From contig OZ024743.1 of assembly GCA_964016885.1 (NCBI GenBank), positions 229,958,001-230,022,000 on the forward strand: a stretch of DNA of 64,000 nucleotides, written 5' to 3'. Below the pieces are notes generated by a model. The model saw only the letters and a program-made list of their open reading frames with translations, was not told the DNA's origin and ran no database searches. The stretch is from Eledone cirrhosa (Eukaryota). The position numbers and the translations under genes are program-made. The first letter of the stretch is position 1; every line of letters starts with the position of its first letter. Below are positions 53,541 through 64,000 of the stretch, piece by piece.

Positions 53541-54467
53541 TCCGACATACCCACATAAACGCGCGCACATATACAAACACAAATAGACACACACATGCAC
53601 ACACTTATGTTTATGAGTGAATGAGTGTCTATGTGTTTGTTCTACCATTAACACTGTTAAATTACACCAACCAAACTATTACAATGACCAAGGTAGACAA
53701 TATGCTATTTTCATGTTACACAGGAAACTAACTGGAATCAATTAATTTGTTGGAGATTTTTCACTTAAATATCCCATATAACGAGATTTTACTAAGCCAA
53801 ACACTAAACTTACCCATCCCCAAGCTCAAATTCTTATTTCCTTTGCTACCGTCAAAACGTACAACTACATGTTTGAACAACAACAAATTAACCCTACAGC
53901 ATTCCTTTCAACATCACCATACACCCCACCACTGACATCATAGACCACCATGACTTCTATACATCTACCACCGTCCCACCACAACTGTCACTACAATCGC
54001 TTCTAAAGCCAGCATAAGCATCGTCACCACCACCAACGACAACCCCATAGACTACCATAGCAAGCACACCGCTACCATCCAGTTCTGAAACTTCCATTCA
54101 GCAGCATCAAATCTAACAACAACAATACCTTTACTCCAGCCAATACCACTCTAACCATAAACACCACCCCCAATCTAACAACCTCCACCACTATCACCAC
54201 AACGCATAATTTATATTTTTCATTTCTACTCAGTTATCATTTAAGGATCGAACACAATCGATGTTTAAGGTATGATTCCATTAGGGAACACATTCCCCAT
54301 TTCAAATTGAAGAACAAGGGGATTCAATTCACAAACAAAGGGATTCAATTCATATCAATTGATTATAAGCAGTTAACTAACTTAACAAAAGCAGCATACA
54401 GTTTCAATGTGATCATCTAACCGGCTAAAAATAGCAGTGATATCTCAAATTTCCACACACACAGACA

Positions 54468-54503
<36 letters not shown>

Positions 54504-54519
54504 GCGCGCACACACACAC

Positions 54520-54558
<39 letters not shown>

Positions 54559-54795
54559 ACATATATATATATATATATATGAATCCCATATCATCCTGAT
54601 ACCTAGCTTGTATCTGGGTGAAACGGGGTTAAATTTTTCATAGCGGCCGATAGCAACATCTTTTTCGGTCCTTAAGGTTTTTTTTTTCCTATTTTATAGG
54701 ATCTCTGCGCATGATCATATTATTCCTTATATTAACTTAATATTCTCGGCACTTAAAAATGTCCGAGAGATCGGCTATGTATATATATATAATTG

Positions 54796-55740
54796 TTAAC
54801 GTAGCCAGCGAAATACGAGTTATCTGTGGTTATTAGTATAACCCCGGCCCGCCTATTACTCACTCAATGAGACATATGTCTGTTTCAAACGTGGGAACGT
54901 ACAAGAATATAACTCAGAATGCTTCAAATATGTTATTTGTAATAGGGACCACTGCACATAGGTGATGGTAAATTGCATACCAACATTCCCGGACCATAAT
55001 TTAGTTTCTGCGTGTATGTACTGATCAGATATGTGCAGTCGCACCTGTTCTTCACAGTAGTTATACGGTGCATATATTGTGCTATCAATTCCACATCACT
55101 TCCTCGGCGGGATAAGCCTTCCGAACACCAGTAGGTCATTGTATATTTGCCACATAGTTCACGTTGACAATTACTACAAAATGAATCAATTATAAGGCAG
55201 CAGTAATTCGAGATGTCAGAGGGGGAGGATGACGAATAGCCTACTTTTGCTAGGGAATGTGTTTGGCGGGAAGTTCAAAAACTAAATTCACAGCTACGAA
55301 AAAAAAAAAAAATACTTGTAAAGAAATACATAGGGGACTGAAAGCTATATTAAAAAAAAACATTCTACTTACATTCCATTGCTGATCTGTTGACTGAAAG
55401 ATGAAATATATAAATGTCTTAACGAAGCCAGCGGAAATATTTATCCGAATAGCCCCGGTCGCTCCATTACGCGCTCAATGAGACTTATGATTTCTTGGTA
55501 GGAATGTACAACGCTATGCCTTAGATTGTACCCAATACGTTATTTTTAGCGGGGATGACTGAAAGTAGGTGATGGTAAATTGCATACCAAAATACTCAAA
55601 TTTAGTTTCTGCGAGTATGGATTGATCAGACCTGTGCACCTTCACCTGTCACTTCATTGGTGGGATTGTCCTTCCAAACACCAGTAGGTCAACGTATACC
55701 TGCCTCTTACTTCACGTACACAATTACAACGTATGTGATA
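54796..55740. repeat. Diverged direct repeat of ~320-390 bp (54796-55180 and 55419-55735)
   Basis: Colinear shared blocks TAGGTGATGGTAAATTGCATACCAA, AATTTAGTTTCTGCG and AACACCAGTAGGTCA. Confidence 0.85.
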
Positions 55741-55861
55741 CAACATTTTATGTTAATGCTTCAGAGTAATTCTGATTTTTGTTATCAAGCAATATTTTAG
55801 CTATTAATGCGTTTGGGGGGGAAAAGGAAATATATAGCTCACATTTATGTAGATTTAGTTG

Positions 55862-56409
55862 CAGGGCTAGATGGGGCATTTTAGGTCTAGGGGGCCCCTT
55901 GTACACAAAAACCATAATACACAACAAACGCCCAATTTTACATATAAAATTAGGCTGGCGCAAATAATTAGAATTGAAACGTTATACATACAAGTATTAA
56001 ATTCAAAAAATCTAATCATCCTCGTTTTACGTCCACTTTCCACATGTGCTGGGCAGTCCGATACATGACATATCGGAGTAACCTCATCTTGGTCATACAT
56101 TACATATTTGGCATCGTTTCTATGGATGGATGACCTTCCTAACATAACCACTTGAGAATGTTTACTGGGTGCAGAATTTTTGTAATACCAGCACAACTTT
56201 ACTCCGCGACATAGAATACTTAATGAAATTTGCCATAGTAAAAGCATTAAATAATTTTGTTAAAACATTGTTATCGTTGTCAAAGAGATAAAGCTAAAAA
56301 GCCCAACAGAGGGCTCAAATACATTGTTATAGCCGGCGCTGGTAGGACCCCTCTCCACTGCGGTGCCCGGCGCAATTACTCTCTTTGCCCCCCATTATAT
56401 CTGGCCTTG
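55862..56409. mobile_element. Possible old MITE with hAT-like termini
   Basis: CAGGGCTAGAT..ATCTGGCCTTG (9/11 inverted match); flanks TTTAGttg/TTTAGcct are only a partial TSD. Confidence 0.35.
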
Positions 56410-57142
56410 TTTAGCCTAACTTCTCCGAAGTTCTTCTATCGTACGTTTCTAATGAGGATCCTAGTCTCATCATGAAAACAACGCATCGCCCGTTCCAATA
56501 ATGAATCCAGAATCTTATAAACGCCAGCCCAACGCATTAACCACAAGGCCACTTGTTTTGACTATGGGTATGTTTAAGCCTAATGGGACCTTGTTTGCAA
56601 AGCATTGCCAAAGTTGAGTCTGCTGGTTCAGTGTACAGAGATTTCATCTGAAGAAATTAGAGTTACAAAGAATTCTATAATATTCCTGAAAAAAAAAAAG
56701 AAATAGGCTGGCCACCTCTTGATTTAGCATTAGTTGAGTAATCAGAACAAGAACAGCAAAATGTCAAAAGCGAGCAAAAGCGTTGAGGCCCTTGTGGTCA
56801 CTGAAATTACTTGCAAAAAAGAGCAATCAAACTCCCTCAACTCCCCCCAACTACAACTTACAATAGCCCATTAAATAATGAAGTTAGATATACAAATACA
56901 GAGCTTAAAGCACAGGACTTACAAATCTATTCAACATACAGAAGAAAGTATCACTACAAGGCACTGCACACATATTACGGAGAGTACTTTCATAATAATG
57001 AAAATATTGTGTACAGTACTCAGGTGCACTACAACTCATCAAAAGTGTATGTATAGTACATAGGGTAATGTACAAACGTCAGGAAAATGAACAGTGCATG
57101 AGTCATGATATACACATGTGTGCATGTGTATGGAAGAGGTAA

Positions 57143-57320
57143 TCAGGTGTAGTTTTGGCGAATTTCGGGAAGCATGAGGGTTTTAAAGGATGCAGTGTCT
57201 CGGCAGCTAACAACTGACGCAGGCAGTTTGTTCCATGCTTCAGCAACTCTAAGCGTGAAAAAATGTTTCCGAAAGTCATGGGAGCTGTGCTGTTTTCTGA
57301 CTTTGTAGGCATGTCCATGT
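57143..57320 (-). mobile_element. CR1-like LINE 3' fragment
   Basis: GHAYKV..RKHFFTLRVAEAWNKLPASVV..SFK, the typical CR1 ORF2 C-terminus. Confidence 0.8.
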
Positions 57321-57397
57321 TTCCATACAAAAGAAACATCTGTTAATGTAGTGACAACTTGCAATGAAAACAAGACTAATGAGCGTGAGGAAGGATA

Positions 57398-57862
57398 ATA
57401 ATTGTCTCTACTTTTGGCACAAGGCCAGCAATTACGCCAGTGCAATACTGGTACTTGATTTTATTGACCCCGTAAAGATGAACGGCAAAGGTTACCTGCA
57501 CGGCATTTCAACTCAGCACATAAAGGGCCATAACTCTATGCTGCAAAGCATGTTGTCTGACGCTCTACCGATACTGCCAATCCACCCCCCTAATGGTAAT
57601 AATTGTTTCTACTTTTGGCACAAGGCCAGCAGCCCTAGTCGTAATAATAATAACGGTTTCTGATTTAGGAAAAAAGCCAACAATGTTAGGGGCGAGGGGA
57701 AAAGTCGATTAAATCTAGTCCAGTGTATTATTGGTACTCTATCGACACGCAAGGATAAAAGGCAAAGCTCACCTCGACTGGATTTGATCTCAGAACATGA
57801 AGGGCCGTAACTAAATTCCGCTAAGCATGTTGTTCAAAGCACAACCAATACTGCCAATTCCC
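57398..57862 (-). mobile_element. Family A SINE (57398-57590), tail fragment (57597-57631) and an older related SINE (57650-57862)
   Basis: Family consensus motifs. Confidence 0.85.
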
Positions 57863-57876
57863 CGCACTCATGATGA

Positions 57877-57935
<59 letters not shown>

Positions 57936-58720
57936 CTGATAATAACAGTCACAGTAATAATAGTGGTAGGCTGTGTTGCCACTAGGCTTACAGTTGGGGT
58001 AGGGAGGTATTACAACATGGAATACTTACAAGTATTGAGAACTAATAGAAGCTAGTAGCTAATGGATTGTATCGTCTGTCACCTGCACAGTACCCTCCCC
58101 CACCCTGCTCCTCCAACACACCACCACCACCAATTATAACTACTGTTATGTCCCAATCATAATCCCACCGGCCCTCGTTACGGCTTTTAATAAGAAGCCT
58201 TGAAGTCCTCCACCTACGCCTCCGCTCGACCGCCCGCCCACAATCAAGTGATAATGTCTGAACAGTTTAATACAATTTGCATTGTCTCTTCTGTTTCTTC
58301 CTTTTGCATGAGTCTGTATGTGTGTGTATATGCGCACGCGCGTGTGTGTGTGCGTGAGAGAGAGCGAGAGAGAGAGAGTAAGGTAGGGAGTTTAAGAAAG
58401 AGAGGAAAGAAGCTCACCACTACCATCATCATGAAAACCATCACCAACACCATCGTACATTTATTCTTCCTTTGAACAACGATCACCGCATAAGACATGA
58501 TCTCTCCTCTATTCCTTCATAACAGCTCCATCACCATCATTATCAACAACTTTCAGACACCATTATAATCATCATCATCTTTAACACCACAACAACAATG
58601 ACGACGACAAATAACATCATCGTCATCTCAGTTACAACTACTACATTTACATTGCTACTAATGTCTGGCTGTATTTCCATATCCATATTCCTTCCCCTGT
58701 GAATATATATATATATATAT

Positions 58721-58941
58721 AACGAAGGAAATGTGGTAAGAAACCAGGTGGGCCATAACGCACCAAAGTACTACATACTTAGGGTAGTAGAGTGGGTAAT
58801 AGGAACGAGTAGGACCCCGACGGATGAGCTCAAGCCGTTTCGACGGCTAATTATGGATTTAAAAAAAAAGAAATTTTTTTTTTTCAGTCCAGAATTAGCC
58901 GTCGAGACGGCTTGAGCTCAGCCGTCGGGGTCCTACTCGTT

Positions 58942-58944
<3 letters not shown>
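58721..58944 (-). mobile_element. Family F4 fold-back plus tail
   Basis: Palindrome 58800-58944 with an A/T-run centre; arm GTCGAAACGGCTTGAGCTCA(G/T)CCGTCGGGGTC; (TA)n on both sides. Confidence 0.85.
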
Positions 58945-59006
<62 letters not shown>

Positions 59007-59225
59007 TAGAAGTGGTTACACAACAGTTAGTTCACCATACGAAGAACAATTGTTTCACCTTAACGGAACCTCAGCTCGTAATGGACATGGTTATACGGAA
59101 TAGCTAAGGTGAAACAATTGTTCTCGGTATGGTGAACTAACTGTTCCGTAACAGCTTCTACCTAACTCGTTCCATGGACTGAGTGCTCTACCACTACGGA
59201 TATTACCTTCCAGTGTTCTACCACT
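59007..59225 (+). mobile_element. Family F3 fold-back plus tail
   Basis: Colinear with 13487-13687 but with a different centre. Left arm on minus: acgag-CTGAGGT..GAAACAATTGTT-cttcgt. Confidence 0.85.
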
Positions 59226-59228
59226 ATA

Positions 59229-59310
<82 letters not shown>

Positions 59311-59314
<4 letters not shown>

Positions 59315-59695
59315 AGAGGAATTCCAACTTTGTCTGATTAACTCGTTTTATTTACAATCCTTTAAAATATATAATGGTATTATAATGAAATAGTATAATA
59401 GAATATTAAATTCTAAGTGTTAATTGAACAAGTACTTTCATGCTTTCGCAATCTTCAGGTTCATAATATGTGGTGACAGTCGAGTTTGCAATTTTCAACT
59501 GTGAAAGTTGAAAATTGCAAACTCGACTGTCACCACATATTATGAACCTGAAGATTGCGAAAGCATGAACGTACTTGTTCAATTAACACTTAGAATTTAA
59601 TATTCTATCATACTATTTCATTATAATACCATTATATATTTTAAAGGATTGTAAATAAAACGAGTAAATCAGACAATGTTGGAATTCCTCTTATT
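59311..59695. mobile_element. Family F5 near-perfect 385-bp palindrome
   Basis: Intact hammerhead at 59425-59463(-); the right-arm copy at 59543-59581(+) has GAAA changed to GAAC. Confidence 0.9.
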
Positions 59696-59745
59696 AATAT
59701 AATCTTCTATACACAATCATACACACCCGTGTATATTTACCTATC

Positions 59746-59777
<32 letters not shown>

Positions 59778-59823
59778 TATGTATATGTATATGTATGTAT
59801 ATGTATATGTTTATATACATATA

Positions 59824-59984
<161 letters not shown>

Positions 59985-60196
59985 TTGTAATAAAATGAAA
60001 ACGGAATTTCATTTCTCACTCTTAGTACGGCACTTACTTATAATAAGCGTCCGCTAAACTGATGCGTACATATATGTATGTGTACCTGTATGTATATATG
60101 TATATATATATATATATGCATGCTACTGTACGTCTGTATACATATATGTATGTACGTATACATACATACTTACATTATATATATATATATATATAT

Positions 60197-60385
60197 AGGA
60201 AAAAGTATGACCCCGACGGCAGAACTGAAGCCGTTTCGACGCCTATTATCTAGAAATAGCCGTCGAAACGGCTTGTGTTCTGCCGTCGGGGTAATACTTT
60301 TTCCTATTACCCACTCTACTACCCTAAGTATTGAGTACTCTGGTGCGTTATGGTTCATCTTGTTCCTTACCACAATTCCTTCGTT
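60197..60385 (+). mobile_element. Family F4 fold-back plus tail, opposite orientation
   Basis: Palindrome 60197-60305; the tail is the reverse complement of 58721-58799. Confidence 0.85.
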
Positions 60386-60661
60386 ATATATATATATGTA
60401 TATGTATATATATGATTATGTCATTTATTTTGTCTGACCTGTTTAGCTTGACTTGTTTTTTGGCTTAGGTGATTAATGGGTTCTTGACCGCCTTCTCAGT
60501 TTGTATGGCCTTTATAACCTATGTTTATTGCGCTGGTCTTTTAGCCATTGGAGCGCTTTCCAGCATGACTCGGAATTTGCGTCACGTTTCGCTTTTTCTA
60601 CCCGCCGAAATACGATACTCGCTGAATTTATATTTGTATATATATATATATATATATATAT

Positions 60662-63600
60662 AGTTTTGCGAGGTTTTTTATATGAAATCGTGTGTCGAGA
60701 CAAAAATTGTTATACTTGGGGAGGGTCATATTTGTGTAATAATGCCAGAATTAATAACAGAACACACTCACTGTTTGGTTGGTTTTCGCTTCTCGCTTCT
60801 GTGTCTTTTATATCGGTAATCTAATATACTCGGTACTCAATGTTGCCATTGACTGACCGACGGTCAAAAATAATACAGATACAATATAGACACAAACTCA
60901 TATTTTATCATAAATCTTTCGTTGCACATCTGCAACATCGTCAGTGGTGCTATCGTTTCCTCCTGTTGTATTGTATGTCTACGCCATTTTTATTCAGTCT
61001 GTCTATATATTTATTTATTTATTTGCTTGTTTGTTTATTTTATTTTGTCTTCTTTGCGCATGCGTTTGCGTGTGTGTATATTGTTTTGTTTGCTGTGTGA
61101 TGGGTGACTAGTGTGTGTTTATGTGCTTGTTGTTATTGTGCTTGTGTATGTATTTATTTATTTATTTATTTATTTATTTTATTTTATTTACTTATTTATA
61201 CTTCTCTTAGGTCAGTGTTGTTTGTTTGGGTGTTGTTGTTATTCCATTCATTCTTTCTGTTTAGTCTTGGTCTTCTAATTTCTATTTCACTGGCCTCTCT
61301 GATTTCCCTATCTGCTGGGTCATTTCTATGTTTAGATATTATTCTAATTTCTATGTTGTCTATGTTACCGTCATGTTGTTGTCTAGCATGTTCGTATAGT
61401 ACTGACCCGTTTTTTCGTCCTTTTAGTTCCCTCCAGGGTTGGTCTATCCTTTCACCTATGCTACGAGCTGTCTCACCTATGTATGTTGTTGTCATGTTTC
61501 TGCAAGTACCCTCTGTACATCTTAAGCTATAGACTACGTTTCTAGTTTTACAGTTTATCCGGGGGTTTACCTTACATATGATACATTTCCTATTGGTACA
61601 GTAGGTTTTCTTAAAAGGGTAGGTTTTGCTGATCAGGGATTTTATGGTTGTTCCTGGCTTTTCTACCACCTTATTTTTTAAGTGGGTCTTTCTCACGGTC
61701 TTTCTACACTGGATAGCTAATTTCCCTCCAGGGGTAGCGTCCACAAACATGACACTCTGGTATCTCTGGTTGTCGTACCATGAAGTGGCTTTCCCTATCT
61801 TATGTCTAGCCCTAGCTAAGCTATTCCATGACTTGCTCCTGTATAATGGGCAAATTCCGTTCATGTCCAGTTCTATGAGGGTCTTATACTTCCCCATGGC
61901 TCCTTCGTATATTCTGACTCTGTCTCTTTGGTTGTAGCCAGAGAACTGCATGCGGTTGATGAAGTGTTGGATGTGTCTTTCTATTTCTGTTGGGTCGCAC
62001 ATGCGGGACATATTCTTCATCACTCGTACCAAATCTGCGATCAGAATATTAAACTTAGCACTACTGGACATTGCTGAGTATTTGAGTATCCGGTATTTGG
62101 AGGCCATGGGTTTAGCATAGTGTGAGTGGAGAATTTGGGCTCTCTCGTCTATAGTGTTAATCCAGAGTTCTGTGTCTAGTACAGGTTGTCTATTGTTAGG
62201 GTTTTTGGAAGGGAAGTCGATAGTTACAGTTATACTCTGGTGTATGGAATTAGCTATCTGCTGGATGCTTTCCATCGTGCTACGTTCTAAATCAAACTTG
62301 TTAGTGCTCTCCAGTGGGGATGTTCTTATAACTATATTGATATCGTCTACATAACGAGAGTACATGATGAGGTCTATGGAGCTCTCATTAAGGAGATCTT
62401 TAAGTCTCCTTTCCTACCATACCATGAAAAGGTTAGCAACATCACCAGCTATGCTGACGCCAATGGCTGCTCCCTCATTTTGGGTGTAGATCTTCTCGTT
62501 GAAGTTAAATATGTGGCCTTTTAGGGTAGTTTTGATACTAGCCCCTATTGCATGTGCGACCATTTTTCTTACCTGATCATTGTTTTGGGGGGTCCGTATA
62601 GCTTTGGTCCACCCAATCTACCTTCCCATGGGAGTATTTTTTGCCATTGAGGTTATGGTGGGGGGTCTACCTCTTATAGGTCTACTGGGGCAGAAACGTC
62701 TAAGTCATGGCTGTCTAGGTAGTCAGTGTCGTAGGTAAGACTAAGTAGGAGGCCCAGTTCGTCTATGTCGACGTCGCAGAACTCCACCTCACTCTCAATG
62801 ATCATCTCCACACATCCTTACACAGCAAAATCAAGTGACACCACATCCATGCTGCCTATTATGCAGTTGGATAGGTTCCTGTTTTTGTTGCATTCACTGA
62901 TTCTGCTGAGGAGGTCCTCTGTACTGTCACATACATCTGGGGACATCTTGATTACGAGGCGTATAACCATTGAGAGGAAATAGGAGATCCTGTAGTTACT
63001 AGCTATATTAGCTCCGCATACGGGTCTTGTTGGTGGTCCTGTTGTCGGGTCGTTGACTGTCTTGTAGTCTTTGCGGAGCCCATACAGGGGTGGTATGCCA
63101 TTGTTAGACGCCTGGAGGTTGTTGGCAGTGCGTCTACTTGGCTTTAGGATGTCAGTCCACATCATCATGTGAGCGTTGAGGATTTTCTCTCTACCATCGT
63201 GTGTTTGTTGTGCAATTTCGCTCGTGTTGGTGATGTGGGGTTGCATAGCCTTAATGTAGTTCGGCATGCTGTCTATTGACATCCTACCAGACTTATCCGT
63301 GGGTAGACATACTACCTCACCATCCCTTGTGCGCTGCTTGAGGCTAACCAAGCCTTCTACAGGTTTCCTCCCAAGTTGTTGGGCCTCTGGTCTGCTCTGT
63401 CTCTTAGTATACCGGTCTACTATTTGTCTAATCTTATTTCTAGCTATGGTGAACTGTGCCTCTGTCTCGTCATCTATTTGTTGTGGTATGCAAACTCTTT
63501 TATTAAAGGGTAACCTCGTAGGATAGATATTACCCATCTAATATGTTTTGTCAGCTGGGTTGAAAAATAGTTTCTCTAAGGGGTTGTCATTATATCTATC

Positions 63601-64000
63601 GTCATAGTTGTGTGTGTTGCTATTATTGTTATCATGGTGGTTGTTGTTGTTTCTATCATTAGCATTATTATTATTGTTATGATTGCTAGATGTATTGTTG
63701 TTTACATCACCGTTATTGTTGTTGTTACTGTTATTTCTACCATTGTGGTTGTTACTTTTATTATGTTTCTTGTTTTTGTTGTGTCTATCATTGATGTTGC
63801 TACATGTACTATTTCCATTATTACCACTGTGGTTATTGTTGTTGTTGTTCGTATTGTTACCGTTATTACTACTGTGGTCGCTGCTGCTGTGTCTGTGGTT
63901 AATGTTTCTATTATTATTATTATTGTGGTTGTTGTTGTTCTGTCTATCGTTAGTATTATTACCATTATCACTATTTCTCACTTTCCTGCTATTGTTATTG
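60662..64000 (-). mobile_element. Penelope-like retroelement (RT + C-terminal GIY-YIG), probably Naiad-like, pseudogenised
   Basis: TDKSG, PPLYGLRKD, PTRPVC, GSMDV, QNEGAAIG, RYVDD, PVLD, CxxxxCxxC linker, NVVY..C..C..YIGET.R, HARQQH, LNRKNEW. It has TAG stops and frameshifts. The 3' side ends at (TA)n 60638-60662; the 5' end is not defined within the window. Confidence 0.9.
60906..60949 (-). ncRNA. Hammerhead motif in the 3' region of the Penelope-like element
   Basis: Minus: cacca-CTGACGA-t-GTTGCA gatg TGCAAC-GAAA-GATT-TA-tgata; stem I is partly decayed. Confidence 0.65.

Noticed and set aside
62366-63540. Selenocysteine read-through in the Naiad-like ORF
   Set aside because: The in-frame stops I checked (~62415, ~62619, 63538) are TAG rather than TGA, and frameshifts are present; this is ordinary decay.
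63538-63981. Asn-rich ORF as an independent gene
   Set aside because: It is (AAT/AAC)n low-complexity sequence contiguous with the Penelope-like ORF, so it is treated as part of, or flank to, that element.

Overview
Repeat-saturated animal genomic DNA; the microsatellite and SINE landscape resembles octopus/cephalopod (inference). I could not support any host protein-coding gene, and most listed ORFs are translations of microsatellites. The window holds a 3.55 kb 15-bp minisatellite, more than 20 tRNA-derived SINEs of two families, and a 15 kb LINE block (27.5-42.7 kb) ordered L1/Tx1(-), R4/Dong(+), L1/Tx1(-), R4/Dong(+). It also has short RTE, CRE and CR1 remnants and a decayed Penelope-like element (RT + GIY-YIG) at the right end. 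Main observation: many short 'unique' islands between (TA)n tracts carry type I hammerhead ribozyme motifs (CUGANGA...GAAA...UH, often with a minimal stem III and palindromic loop). They fall into about 10 apparently unrelated non-coding families. Most are head-to-head fold-backs whose 3' ends point out into the microsatellite. One (12470-13134) is a 466-bp unit copied more than once round with a twin-priming-type inversion, i.e. a retrozyme-like element. All folding and alignment was done by eye; coordinates may be off by a few bases.
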